Assembly: GCA_965261085.1 (NCBI GenBank)
Contig: OZ253442.1
Location: forward strand, 4,000,001 to 4,064,000
Reading direction: 5' to 3'
Length of the DNA stretch: 64,000 bases
Source: a bacterium
GTDB lineage: Bacteria; UBA8248
Part shown: piece by piece, positions 10,163-20,755 of the stretch
How the letters are laid out: each line of letters opens with the position of its first letter
Position numbering within the stretch: position 1 is the stretch's first letter
Made by a program: the position numbers and the translations under genes
Notes under the pieces: model-generated
The model's input: only the letters and a program-made list of their open reading frames with translations
What the model was told of the DNA's origin: nothing
The model's database searches: none

Positions 10163-11560
10163 GCTGCGCACGAAACAGAGCAAGATGGCGAACAGCCAGT
10201 AGGGATAAAAGTGGGCCGTGGTGGAAACACCGACGAACAAGGCAGCTACGGTAGAGAAAATGACGGCGAAAGGCATCACGATTTCGAGTGAACCTTCATG
10301 GGGTGGCAAGCGCATGATTCTGAAAAAATACATCAAACCCGTGGCGAGCAAGGCCATCAGCAAAACGAGACCCAGCAATCCCAAGTCCACGATGAAATTC
10401 ACCGGCAGGCTGTGCAGGGAAACCGGTGCGCTCTTTCTCGGATTTTCCTGAAACAAATCTGCAGTCGACCATCCCCGAATACCCGATTCATACCGGGTGA
10501 TGTCGCCGTAAAAATACGCAGAGAACGTGGCCGGCGTATCTTTGGAATATCCATAGAAAAACCCCTGGCGCGGCCCGCCTCCCAAGAAAGGCCGCTCGAA
10601 AAACACATCCGATGCCCGCGCGTACTGAAAGAGCCGCTCCTTGACGCTCGTAGAAATGTTCGACACTTCGATGAACTCCTCTCGCACCGTCGTCCCCACC
10701 ATCACCGAAACGCAAATACACACCAGGAAAACCGAGGTCGTGAAACAACAAACGCGAAAAGACTTTATCTTCTTGCTTGCGCCTGAGGACCCTCTGAACT
10801 TCACGAAAAAGACGAGAAGGAAGAACGCGCCCAGGAACAACGCGAAAATCGGAACCCGGCGCCATGTGGATAAAAGCATGAGTGTTCCGGTGAGCGACGC
10901 GAGCAAGTAAAACCAGCCGCCTCTTCTACAGAAAAAATAAAAGGCGACGCCCGCCAGTATCAGCCCGAGCCTGCTGGCAACGATGTGGTGCCGCGCGAAC
11001 ATGCCGAGAAAAAACCGTCCCTCATGATTGAGCGAATACGGGTTGGGGATGCTCAGATAATAGAACAGGATGCTCTCGATACCCATTGCGAAGGCGACCC
11101 AGAATACACTCCCGAGCGCGCCTTCAAACTCCTCACTCCCCCACCGGTTGTTTTGAATCAAATACCATACGAGCATACCGTCGGCGTAGGGTACGGCATC
11201 GGCCAGAATCCGGTAGAGGGGCACGGACGTCTTGATGGGGTCATCCTGCATGTAGCCATGGATAATCCCTCCCCAGAATATCACCCAAAACCAAAGGGCG
11301 GCGACGGTAAACCCCGGCGTCGGTTTTCTTGCCCCGAACCGAATAACCTCTACCACCCATGCGGAGCACAACAAAACGAAAAGGATCATGTAGACCTTAT
11401 AGGGACCCAGGGCTTGACCCGGGAAGTAAGGAACACGCTCCCATGGGATAAGAAAATAAACCGCGTGCAGACGAATGACTGAATTGGTGAGTTGAAAAGA
11501 AAAGGGGTTCTTTTCACTTGAAACAGGGTGGACATTTGAAGCCGCGCGGTCCACGTTCAA
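10130..11560 (-). CDS. O-antigen ligase/Wzy-like polytopic membrane protein
   Basis: Many TM segments, ER..Y, RPFLGGG, LHSLPVNFIVDLGLLG; 3' end overlaps the convergent paralog by 33 bp. Confidence 0.75.
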   Translation of the reverse strand: MNVDRAASNVHPVSSEKNPFSFQLTNSVIRLHAVYFLIPWERVPYFPGQALGPYKVYMILFVLLCSAWVVEVIRFGARKPTPGFTVAALWFWVIFWGGIIHGYMQDDPIKTSVPLYRILADAVPYADGMLVWYLIQNNRWGSEEFEGALGSVFWVAFAMGIESILFYYLSIPNPYSLNHEGRFFLGMFARHHIVASRLGLILAGVAFYFFCRRGGWFYLLASLTGTLMLLSTWRRVPIFALFLGAFFLLVFFVKFRGSSGASKKIKSFRVCCFTTSVFLVCICVSVMVGTTVREEFIEVSNISTSVKERLFQYARASDVFFERPFLGGGPRQGFFYGYSKDTPATFSAYFYGDITRYESGIRGWSTADLFQENPRKSAPVSLHSLPVNFIVDLGLLGLVLLMALLATGLMYFFRIMRLPPHEGSLEIVMPFAVIFSTVAALFVGVSTTAHFYPYWLFAILLCFVRSLYREVLAKVV

Positions 11561-11566
11561 GGAAAA

Positions 11567-12388
11567 CTACTCCGGCGCGCCTGGGCGTCTGGAAAAATAG
11601 CCTCTCTTCACCCACATGCGCACCTTGTGCGGCAACATGCGATATGAAAACCAAAGCGGCAACAATGCGCGATGCGGGAACCCTCCCCCCAAGGCGCGAA
11701 TCGCCCTGTTTTGCAGCACAACCCCATCGAGCACATAGCGAAGCCTGGCGCCCCGCTCGAAGAACTGTCTCGCGTGGATTCTTTTCGCCGCCACGGGAAC
11801 CTCCAACGCCCCGAGCTTCATTCCGTTTTCATACAATCGCACATAGAGGTCCCAGTCGAGTTGGCCGGCGCGACTCTCGTCGTAGCCTCGGATTTTCTGC
11901 ATAGCCTCGCCTCTCACGAACAATGACGTGTGAACCACAGGATTAAAAAGCATGAGTTTCCTTCGAACATCCCTCAACGAGGGCTTTTTTTCCTCCGAAC
12001 CGAATGCGGGCCAATGTGGAACGTCTTCCGCATGAAAGGCGAACAGGGGGGAAACGACAGCAGAATAATCAGGAAAACGCTGCATCACTGCTTTTTGAAT
12101 TTCAAATCTTCTGGGGTGGGACAAATCGTCGGCGTCATGCCGGGCAATGAATTCACCCCTGCTCTCGCGCATCCCGAGGTTGAGTGCTCTCGCGAGTCCG
12201 ATTCTTCCCGCTTCTATCAGGCGAATTCTAGAATCGCTAAATTTTTCGACGATTCGAATCGTATCGTCCGTGGAGCCGTCGTCGATGACGACGCATTCAA
12301 AATCGGATTCCGTCTGCGCGAGTATACTCTTCACGGCGTCGGCGATGTATTCCTCGGCGTTGTAAGACGTCATCAATACGCTTATCAC
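11567..12388 (-). CDS. GT2 family glycosyltransferase
   Basis: ISVLMTSYN, DDGSTD, HDADD; GTG 12388 with GAGG RBS preferred over the ORF-track start that overlaps asnB. Confidence 0.88.
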   Translation of the reverse strand: MISVLMTSYNAEEYIADAVKSILAQTESDFECVVIDDGSTDDTIRIVEKFSDSRIRLIEAGRIGLARALNLGMRESRGEFIARHDADDLSHPRRFEIQKAVMQRFPDYSAVVSPLFAFHAEDVPHWPAFGSEEKKPSLRDVRRKLMLFNPVVHTSLFVRGEAMQKIRGYDESRAGQLDWDLYVRLYENGMKLGALEVPVAAKRIHARQFFERGARLRYVLDGVVLQNRAIRALGGGFPHRALLPLWFSYRMLPHKVRMWVKRGYFSRRPGAPE

Positions 12389-12425
12389 GTCTGATTCCTC
12401 TTCTTGGGGCCTATTTTGCGAAAAA

Positions 12426-14351
12426 TCAATCGCCCGCCGAACGATGAGCGTCCAGCATCTCCCGAAACCATAGCTCCAAAACCACCAAAAACCATATAAG
12501 GGGATAGGAGGCTCTCCCCGCTCTGAAACGGGCATACAACCTGCGGACCTCCTTGGGTGAGAAAATACCTCTTCTGCGAAGCGACTCCTCACTGAGCGCA
12601 TCCTCGAGGATTTCTCGCAAATCTTCTTTCATCCACTTCGCCATCGGAAGGGCGAAGCCCTGTTTTCTCCTGGCGGAAATCTCAGGGGGAATGACGTCGT
12701 GAAGCGACGCCTCAAGCAATCTCTTCGGATGTCCCCATTTTTGCTCCCACCCGGGAGGCAGGCCACAGACGAATTCCACTACATGATGATCGACGAACGG
12801 CACCCGCACTTCCAGGGAATGGGCCATGCTCATCACGTCGACATCGCGCAAACATCGCCACCCCATATACACTTGCATTTCGAGTTCGCTCAGAATGCTC
12901 CAGGGCCTCTCACCAACGTGGACTAACGAGTCGAGTATCGCGAAAATATCCTCATCCGCCTTACACTCGCGAAAGTAGGTCTGCATTTGCGGGGAATACA
13001 AAGCTCTCTTCTCCTCGGGCCACAACAAAAGACGCGCCAGGGCGTACAATCCCAGCGGCGATTCCACCCATTGCAGCCGACGAAGCTTTTCAGTGCGCTC
13101 CGTAGACATGTTCGAGCCGAAGCGGAGTATCAGCGAGATGAGCGACACGAGGATTTTTCTCGTCGCCAAAGGCAATTTTCCCCATTTGGCCGATAATCGC
13201 CACAAAGGCGGTATCAGGCGAAACGAGCCGTATCCGCCGAAAAGCTCATCCGCCCCAAGGCCGGACAAGGCGACGGTTACGCCATCTTGCTTCACCGCAT
13301 GGGATAGGAGATAGGTATTGATTCCATCGAAACTTGGCTGGTCCAGATGCCGCACGATGCGGGGAAGCTCCCCTGCCACCTTCGAGCCTTTGATCACGAA
13401 CTCCAAGTGGCGCGTTGAAAAGGATTGCGCCGCAGTTCTCGCATATTTTCTCTCATCGTATCCTTCAGGAGCATCATCGAAACCGATGGAATAGGTCCTT
13501 ACGGGTTTATCCGCCCGGCGGGACATCAACCCCACAATCGCCGAAGAATCCAGACCACCACTCAAAAATGCCCCTATGGGAACATCGCTTATTTGATGGA
13601 GTTCGACGCTTTCCTCCAATAAACCACGTAGACGGGGAACGATTTCCTCATCGGCGCATCGCGTCGTTCCGGGTGCCGGTATCTCCCACCACTGCTCGAT
13701 GGATGCACCCTTTTCGGTGATGCGCATTCGGTGCCCCGGAGGCAAAGCCTTCACGCCTCTCAATAGCGTGCGTGCACCGGGAACGAAGCCCAGAGAAAGG
13801 CTGAGGTCAAGAGAATTCAGGTCGAGTTCGGGGCGAATCGCGCCGCTTCTCACCAGCGCTCCCAATTCCGAGGCGAACGCCCATCCACCCGCGATCGGCG
13901 CGTAGTACAAAGGTTTCACGCCGAGCCGGTCACGCGTCAAGAGCAAGATTCTTCGGCCGGCGTCCACGATCGCGAATGAAAACATCCCCCTTAAAAAACG
14001 GGCGCACCCCTCCCCTTCCTCCTCGTAAAGGCGCAGAAGAACCTCCGTATCGGAGTTCGATCTGAAGGCGTGGCCTCGACTCGCCAGATGCTCCCTCAAT
14101 CGTCTGAAATTATAGATTTCCCCGTTCAACGCAACGCAGGTTCTCCCATCTTCGCTGGTCATGGGTTGTTTCGCCGCCGAACTCGGGTCGATGACGCTCA
14201 GACGCCTCACCCCAATGCAGGTTCCTCCAAAACGCCAAAGCCCCACATCGTCTGGGCCGCGATGCGTCATCGCATCGCACATCCGCGCAACATTCTCCTC
14301 CATCAAGGACGGTGAGAGTTCGGTCGAGGTGATTCCGCAAATTCCGCACAT
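12426..14351 (-). CDS. asnB: Second asparagine synthase family amidotransferase
   Basis: MCGICG start at 14351, HRGPD, LSGGLDSS, SGLGADELFGGY. Confidence 0.92.
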   Translation of the reverse strand: MCGICGITSTELSPSLMEENVARMCDAMTHRGPDDVGLWRFGGTCIGVRRLSVIDPSSAAKQPMTSEDGRTCVALNGEIYNFRRLREHLASRGHAFRSNSDTEVLLRLYEEEGEGCARFLRGMFSFAIVDAGRRILLLTRDRLGVKPLYYAPIAGGWAFASELGALVRSGAIRPELDLNSLDLSLSLGFVPGARTLLRGVKALPPGHRMRITEKGASIEQWWEIPAPGTTRCADEEIVPRLRGLLEESVELHQISDVPIGAFLSGGLDSSAIVGLMSRRADKPVRTYSIGFDDAPEGYDERKYARTAAQSFSTRHLEFVIKGSKVAGELPRIVRHLDQPSFDGINTYLLSHAVKQDGVTVALSGLGADELFGGYGSFRLIPPLWRLSAKWGKLPLATRKILVSLISLILRFGSNMSTERTEKLRRLQWVESPLGLYALARLLLWPEEKRALYSPQMQTYFRECKADEDIFAILDSLVHVGERPWSILSELEMQVYMGWRCLRDVDVMSMAHSLEVRVPFVDHHVVEFVCGLPPGWEQKWGHPKRLLEASLHDVIPPEISARRKQGFALPMAKWMKEDLREILEDALSEESLRRRGIFSPKEVRRLYARFRAGRASYPLIWFLVVLELWFREMLDAHRSAGD

Positions 14352-14464
14352 ATGATCACCGAGCCATCTTTTTACCCGCAAAAGAAACCCATATCGCCTA
14401 TCTGATGGCGATGGGTCTCGAAGTCGGGGAGAACCGAAACGTCCGGGGAATTTCCCGGATCACC

Positions 14465-16261
14465 TTACGACTGCAATTCCACGAATTTTCGATATCGGCC
14501 TTCCATCCGCATGAGAGAGGGGTGGTCTCCTTCCTCGACGATTCTCCCGCTCTCGAGAACCAGAATTTTGTCCGCATTTCTTATTGTAGAGAGACGATGC
14601 GCGACGATCAGGATGGTCATCCGCCCGCTGAGATTCCGCACAGCCTCCTGGATGAGACGCTCGAACCCGCTGTCGAGCGAACTCGTCGCTTCGTCCAGGA
14701 CCAATATCCGGGGGGAGCGAACCAAAGCTCTCGCAAGGGCCAGACGCTGTTTTTGCCCGCCGGATAACTTGAACCCCCGATTCCCGATGATCGTTCGGTA
14801 CCCCTCGGGCAATTCCGTGATGTATTCATGGGCATAGGCGATTTCCGCGGCCTTTCGCACCTCCCCTTCATCCGCGCTCAAGTTTCCATAGCGGATGTTG
14901 TTGTAAACCATGTCGTTGAAGAGATAGGGATCCTGCTCCACCACCCCGATTCGGCTTCGCCATTCACTCGCGGACACGTCTTTCAAATCTACGTCATCGA
15001 CATAGATGACGCCCTGCGTCGGATCATGAAGACGCAAGAAAAGATCGACGAAAGTCGTCTTCCCGCTTCCTGAAGAACCCACGAGCGCCGTCGTCGTATC
15101 CTTTTCGATCGATACGTTTATTCCGCTCAGCGCATCACCCCGCGCTTCCGGATATGTGAACGACACGTTTTCAAACCTGACTCCTTTTTGCAGAGAACCG
15201 ATAGAAGCGATTCCTTCCGGCAAGCATTCCAGGCTTTTGCCTTCAGCGTATTCGCGAACCCTCGCCATGTGGGGAGCGAATTCGTTCACGATGAGCCAGT
15301 AATTGCCTATCAGCTTGAGCTTGGGGAGAACTTGCAAAAAGATCGCCAAAAACACCGTGAGGGTGAAAAAGGGAATCTCCAGAAATTTGACCGAAACAAT
15401 CAAGCAGAAAACCATCATCAAGAAAATCAACGGCTCGTAGAAGAACGACGCAATGATTCTGTTGTGCATGATCTGGACACAGACCCGGTGATACCCATTT
15501 GCGCGCATCGTATAATTTTCGATGTGATGCGCGAGGTTTCCAAACACTTTCACCGTCTTGATTCCCGAGAAAACATCGTGGAGATAGGAACTGATGTTCT
15601 CCACGCCCTCCGATTCTTTCGCGCCCTCCGCATAGGCCTTGCGAAACCACGGAAGTAGAAAAAACCAGGAAATCGACGAGAGGCCGAGGACCAGAACACT
15701 CAGCGAAAAAGAAACCATCAAATTCAGGATCAGATACAAAATACAGAAAAAAATGGCGTTCATGATGAGCATCACGTGTTCGAAAACAAAACCGCAATTG
15801 TTCGCAGAAGTGAATTGAACAGAGACGAGATCGCCGATTTTTCTTCGGTAAAAAAACGAGAGGGGAAGATCCATGAAGTTTCGAAATATTTTTTCTCTCA
15901 TGTCGCATGCGATTCTCGAACTCAGCACCCTCGCGAAGCGCATGGAGCTCGCAACCAGAGCATATTTGACCAGCATGGCGAACGAGAACAAGGCGATGAG
16001 ATTGAGGAGTGAAAACTCCAAGCCGACGACGCCGAATCCCCATTCGGCGTACGCCGTGAGGATGTGGTTCGTTGCGATGCCCTGAATTGTCTGAAATATG
16101 GGCATCAGCAGTCCCAAGCCGACGCTCTCGAACATCGTCGCCAGAATTAGGATGAACAAATACAAGAACAGGAAATCCTTGTAATCCCGTGCGACGGCGA
16201 GAATATATCTTTGTTTATCGTTCCACATGGGGCTTTTTTGCTTAAGCCGGAAATTGCCCAA
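14465..16261 (-). CDS. ABC transporter, fused permease/ATPase (MsbA/PglK-like glycan flippase)
   Basis: N-terminal TM domain, GSSGSGKT, LSGGQKQR, LDEATSSLD, AHRLST; glycan-locus context. Confidence 0.88.
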   Translation of the reverse strand: MGNFRLKQKSPMWNDKQRYILAVARDYKDFLFLYLFILILATMFESVGLGLLMPIFQTIQGIATNHILTAYAEWGFGVVGLEFSLLNLIALFSFAMLVKYALVASSMRFARVLSSRIACDMREKIFRNFMDLPLSFFYRRKIGDLVSVQFTSANNCGFVFEHVMLIMNAIFFCILYLILNLMVSFSLSVLVLGLSSISWFFLLPWFRKAYAEGAKESEGVENISSYLHDVFSGIKTVKVFGNLAHHIENYTMRANGYHRVCVQIMHNRIIASFFYEPLIFLMMVFCLIVSVKFLEIPFFTLTVFLAIFLQVLPKLKLIGNYWLIVNEFAPHMARVREYAEGKSLECLPEGIASIGSLQKGVRFENVSFTYPEARGDALSGINVSIEKDTTTALVGSSGSGKTTFVDLFLRLHDPTQGVIYVDDVDLKDVSASEWRSRIGVVEQDPYLFNDMVYNNIRYGNLSADEGEVRKAAEIAYAHEYITELPEGYRTIIGNRGFKLSGGQKQRLALARALVRSPRILVLDEATSSLDSGFERLIQEAVRNLSGRMTILIVAHRLSTIRNADKILVLESGRIVEEGDHPSLMRMEGRYRKFVELQS

Positions 16262-16424
16262 AACATGAACGATTTCAGCAGGCCGAAAGCCCCGGGCGCA
16301 TCAGAATCACTCATGCTCCTCGGAGGTCACGCCATGCGTTTCATCGTCGCTCATCCTTGGGTCGGGGTCGATATTTCCGGACCTTTGCCTCGTGGTGGGT
16401 CGTCTTTATCTCGTGGAGTGGCGT

Positions 16425-17831
16425 TTATGGATTTTGAATTTCAGGTAGTTTCTCAGACGAAGCCGTTTCCATCCACTCAGCCGCAATTTTCTCCGCTAGC
16501 CAAAACTCATACGCCGAATTGATTCTCACGCTTTCCTCTGGAAGCATCGTGATATGCCCTATTTTTTCTCCTAAAAATTTTCCGGATAGAATCGAATCCA
16601 CCCGGTTCAGGTAAATCGCGCCGTTTTCCTTGAACAACGCTTCTCTCTCAAGACGGAACGTTCTTTGGAAAGATCCGTTGACGGGGGTGAGGCCATGTTT
16701 ACCGTGATGATAGAAGAATGAAATATCCTCGGTGATGGATATCACGGAATCGACACCGAAAATCGTCATGGTGTCCACGGCTTTATCGATGTGCCTGCCC
16801 CGGCGAAAAGGGGTGTTGATATAGCATATGCAAACAGCATCGGGGACATATCCATGCTCCTCCAGCGTCCTCAAAACATGAAGCGTCGTATCCGCTATCT
16901 TGGCAGTCCGTTCCGCCAGCGCTTCGGGCCTAAGGAGGCCATCCACTCCCTCGAAACGCTCTAAATAAGCCAACACGCCTTCATCGTTGGAGGACACGAC
17001 TATCTTGTCGATGGAGCGCGCTTCCTTGATTTGCTCCAGGGTTCCTTTCAACAGCGGCTTTCCCATGAATTGCGTAAGAGGATTCGCGAGCTCGCATCCC
17101 CCATCCACGACTACGGGAACGAGCGCCAATACTTTTGGTTGGCGGGAAAGATTCATTTCCTCCACCACCCGCCTTTTGATTTTGCGGCGCGTCTCCAGGA
17201 GCAGGCCCCGGGATTTCGACAAACTCTCGCCGTGACGACGATAATAAAACAGGGGCAGATTCACGTTATAGGGATAATGCCGCTGAATGAATTTCAGCCA
17301 CAGCCCGTAACCGTCCTGACGATCGAACTCCTCGAAATAACCGCCTATTTCCGCGAGAATTTCCTTGCGGATCATGGTGCATGCGCCATGCGCCGGAAGA
17401 TCGAGCAAATCGATCTCTTCTCCTATTTTCTGGCGACGAACGATTTCGATGATCTCTCCATCCTCGTCCACGTGATAATAATCCGGGTACACCAGACCTA
17501 CGCCGGGTTTCGTGTCCAGGATGTTGGAGAGAACCAGCAGAATGTTCTCATCCAGAAAATCATCCGCATCCAGCCGCATCAGGTATTCGCCCTCGGCGGC
17601 GCGCAAGGCGATGTTGTTCGTGAAATTCAAACCCTTGTTCTCTTGCTCAAGAATGCGAATCTTGGGATACGCTCTGTAGGGTTCGAGTATTTCCGCCGTG
17701 TTGTCCGTCGAGCCGTCATTGATGACGATCAACTCCCAATCATCCATGGTCTGCTTCAAAACGCTTTGTATCGCGGCGTCGAGAAAACGGGCGTAGTTGT
17801 AGGTAGGAATGTAAACCGTAATTTTAGGCAT
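16425..17831 (-). CDS. GT2 glycosyltransferase fused to a C-terminal cytidylyltransferase-like (NeuA/KdsB fold) domain
   Basis: N-term YIPTYN, DGSTD, LDADD; C-term GKPLL, IVVSSND, RPEALA, TPFR, ENGAIY. Confidence 0.82.
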   Translation of the reverse strand: MPKITVYIPTYNYARFLDAAIQSVLKQTMDDWELIVINDGSTDNTAEILEPYRAYPKIRILEQENKGLNFTNNIALRAAEGEYLMRLDADDFLDENILLVLSNILDTKPGVGLVYPDYYHVDEDGEIIEIVRRQKIGEEIDLLDLPAHGACTMIRKEILAEIGGYFEEFDRQDGYGLWLKFIQRHYPYNVNLPLFYYRRHGESLSKSRGLLLETRRKIKRRVVEEMNLSRQPKVLALVPVVVDGGCELANPLTQFMGKPLLKGTLEQIKEARSIDKIVVSSNDEGVLAYLERFEGVDGLLRPEALAERTAKIADTTLHVLRTLEEHGYVPDAVCICYINTPFRRGRHIDKAVDTMTIFGVDSVISITEDISFFYHHGKHGLTPVNGSFQRTFRLEREALFKENGAIYLNRVDSILSGKFLGEKIGHITMLPEESVRINSAYEFWLAEKIAAEWMETASSEKLPEIQNP

Positions 17832-17870
17832 GATGAATCAACCCAAATGGAATGAATCCGGCCGCCATGA

Positions 17871-19463
17871 TTATTCCACCATGTCTATGAAGAGGGACTG
17901 ATCCGCCTGGATGTCCGTTTGTGCTCGTCTGCCGATCAATTCATCCATCATCCAGCCCGGAAGGCCGTCGGCGGGCCTTTTCATGCCCAGCATGGAAGAT
18001 TCTATGGTCTCTCCACTCCCAATATCCCGCTCGGCTACGATGCTGCGCCGGGCACTGTCGCGGGCGGCGTGTTCTCCCTCGGCGACTCCGAGCGCACCGT
18101 CTCCCAAAACGCTCTCAGCAAGGCGAACGTTTTGCACTATCTTCTTCAAATCTTTCGGGTTCATCGAGAAGAAATGGCCTGAATCACTCAACTCTCGATC
18201 CAGAGTGTAGTGTTTTTCAATGACCTTCGCTCCCAGAGCCACGCCCAGGGAAGGTATGACCATGTTCGCATCCGGTTCAGTATGATCGGAAAGACCAACG
18301 ATGAGACCGGGGTATCTTTCTTTCAAAGAGCGGATACGCAGAAGATTCGCATCTTTGTTCGGCGCCGGATAACTCAACATACAGGCCATGAGGATGAGTT
18401 GATGGTTGCCCGTAGCGAAAATGGTGGTGATGGCCCGCTCGATCTCCTCGACCATAGAACCCCCGCTTGAAAGAATAACGGGCTTGCCGAAACCGGCCAC
18501 GCACCTGAGCAACCGGCTGTCGGGAAGATCACATGAGGCGATTTTGAAAAGCGGTGCGTCCAAATCGTTCAGCATCTCGGCGCTTTCAACGTCGAACGGC
18601 GTGGAGAACGTGATGATGCCCTTCTCGAAACCGTATGCGAAAAGCGCTTCATATTCAGGCGCGCCGAAGCGATCGAGTTTCCGATAATACTCAATTTGCG
18701 GAATCTGTTTCCCGCGCCAGTAAGTCATCGCTCCTTTGCGCGTCAGGCGTTCGGCCTTATAGGTCTGGAACTTGATAGCATCCGCCCCGGCTTCGGCGGC
18801 GAGGTCGATCATCTCCTTGCCCATGCCTAAGTCACACATGTGATTGCAGGCGGCTTCGGCAATCACGAAGGCGGGATGGCCCTCCCCTATCATCCTGTCA
18901 CCGACGGCGATTTCCTTCGAATACGGACTCATCTCATGCGCGGCCATGGCGAGGTCGAATGAAGAGTGGATGTTGACGCAATCATCTTGAACTGCGGATG
19001 AATACAGGGGCGGGTCCGCCATCAACGCCCTCATGCTCATGATGCGAAGCGCCCCGTTTCGCTTTCCATGGCGATCCACCGTACACAAATCGTCGATCCG
19101 GTTGTCTTTGACGTATTGCAACAGGGCGTCCAAGTCGCTTTTTCTGTTCGGATGATCGGGTTGAACCCCGACAAGGAAAGACACGTTCACACGGCCCAAT
19201 TCCCTGGCGACGTCCCGGTACACCTCGACCAAGGGCGTTTCGCCGCTCAGCCCATCGCCCCTGAAATGAACCATCACCCTGTTGCGCCTGCCGATCTCGG
19301 CAATTTCTTCGGAATCGGTGGATACGACGATTTTGTCCACACTCCGAAATTTCCTGGCGTAGTGAATGGCATGCACCACCAGAGAAAGGCCGTTGATTTC
19401 CAACAAATTCTTGTCCGCCAGACGATCCGAATGCCGCTTGGCCGGTATGACGGCGACGATCAA
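17871..19463 (-). CDS. Cytidylyltransferase (NeuA-like) fused to a nonulosonate synthase (NeuB-like with SAF domain)
   Basis: N-term IPAKRHSDRLADKN, VVSTDSEEI; C-term IAE..CNH, DAIKFQTY, FSTPFD, KIASCD, GLSDHT, IEKHYTLD, KRPADG. Confidence 0.88.
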   Translation of the reverse strand: MIVAVIPAKRHSDRLADKNLLEINGLSLVVHAIHYARKFRSVDKIVVSTDSEEIAEIGRRNRVMVHFRGDGLSGETPLVEVYRDVARELGRVNVSFLVGVQPDHPNRKSDLDALLQYVKDNRIDDLCTVDRHGKRNGALRIMSMRALMADPPLYSSAVQDDCVNIHSSFDLAMAAHEMSPYSKEIAVGDRMIGEGHPAFVIAEAACNHMCDLGMGKEMIDLAAEAGADAIKFQTYKAERLTRKGAMTYWRGKQIPQIEYYRKLDRFGAPEYEALFAYGFEKGIITFSTPFDVESAEMLNDLDAPLFKIASCDLPDSRLLRCVAGFGKPVILSSGGSMVEEIERAITTIFATGNHQLILMACMLSYPAPNKDANLLRIRSLKERYPGLIVGLSDHTEPDANMVIPSLGVALGAKVIEKHYTLDRELSDSGHFFSMNPKDLKKIVQNVRLAESVLGDGALGVAEGEHAARDSARRSIVAERDIGSGETIESSMLGMKRPADGLPGWMMDELIGRRAQTDIQADQSLFIDMVE

Positions 19464-20755
19464 CTCTCCTCTCCTCTCGTTTTCATGCGCGAAATTACCG
19501 GCATGATTTGTCCCGCCTGCCGAAGCACAATGAGCTTCGAATTTGGTCCCGTCGAATCCAAGGCTCTCTCGACCGCCGCCTCTATCGACTCGGCCCAGCC
19601 GAATCCCATCCCGTTCGCCTCCTCACGGTCGATATGGGGGGAAACCAATACCCCCTTCACGCGCTTGGAAATGATTCTGCCGATGGCGACCAGCGTATAG
19701 GCCAGGAGTTTTTCACGAAATTCACCCATTTTAACCTTTCGGTAAAGCGCGTCGGGGTCTTTGAAACCATACCGCTCAAAATTGGGGAATTGCGGCGAAA
19801 CGCCTTCCCGGCAATCCGCGGCTAGGATGATCACCCCGTTGTCCCGGCAGACGAGGTCCGCCGCGCACACGGCTTTAATGGACTGGCGCAGATCGATGTC
19901 AGCCGGGTAGGCTTCCGCAACGACGACTTCCGCCTTTGCGGCGACCGGCACACCATATAGATCCAGACATCGCTCACAGCCCACTTCGTGGGCCGATTCC
20001 AAGTCTCCGGCAACGGCGTCATAAATTCTTTCCTCATCCATCATGATTGTGTTGACGATGAAACGCAGCCTGACCCGACGCGCGATGCGAACAAACGCTT
20101 CTCTCACCTTGTTGTCGAAGTGGCCGAGAATTTCTCTCATCTCATAGTCCAGAGCGGCCCAATGGGTCTCTTCTATCGTGGCCTCTCCGCAAATGCCGGG
20201 CATCACGCTCTTCGCCCCGCCGGAGAAGCCCGCCGTCGCATGAGGTATGATGCTGCCGACGGATATAGTGAGATCCGTTTTCAGGATTTCCTTGTTCATC
20301 AGCACGTCAAAACCCAACCCGCTCTTCCCCAATGAAATAAGCTTTAAGGGGTTTTTCCATTCATGGTTGAGAATCTCGAATCGCGCGACCAGATCGTCTC
20401 CAAACTTGCGCCGTATCTCCTCATCCGTCATGGCGCGGTGCGTACCCAAGCCGATCAGAATACGGATGGAAGAATCGGAGACGCCCGCCTCGGCAAGTTC
20501 CTCCAGAATGAGGGGAAGTACGCGATGAAGCGGGGTATGGCGCGTATTGTCGTCGGTGACGATCAACACCCTCCCGGCGCCTTTGGAAATCTCCCGGAGA
20601 GGGGGAGCGCCGATCGGGTTTCGAATCCGCTCCCGCAGGGCTTCGTCATCAAGCCCCCCGCCTCTTGATAGTGAGGGACCATAGACCCCTATCAGCCGCC
20701 CATCTTCGACTTCAAAATCGCCGAACAGATCATTCGTCAGAGATATCCTCGCCAT
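19460..20755 (-). CDS. LarA-family nickel-pincer-dependent racemase/epimerase
   Basis: DDNTRHTP, GLGTHR, IPHATAGFSGGAKSVMPG, QSIKA match LarA catalytic motifs. Confidence 0.88.
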   Translation of the reverse strand: MARISLTNDLFGDFEVEDGRLIGVYGPSLSRGGGLDDEALRERIRNPIGAPPLREISKGAGRVLIVTDDNTRHTPLHRVLPLILEELAEAGVSDSSIRILIGLGTHRAMTDEEIRRKFGDDLVARFEILNHEWKNPLKLISLGKSGLGFDVLMNKEILKTDLTISVGSIIPHATAGFSGGAKSVMPGICGEATIEETHWAALDYEMREILGHFDNKVREAFVRIARRVRLRFIVNTIMMDEERIYDAVAGDLESAHEVGCERCLDLYGVPVAAKAEVVVAEAYPADIDLRQSIKAVCAADLVCRDNGVIILAADCREGVSPQFPNFERYGFKDPDALYRKVKMGEFREKLLAYTLVAIGRIISKRVKGVLVSPHIDREEANGMGFGWAESIEAAVERALDSTGPNSKLIVLRQAGQIMPVISRMKTRGEES

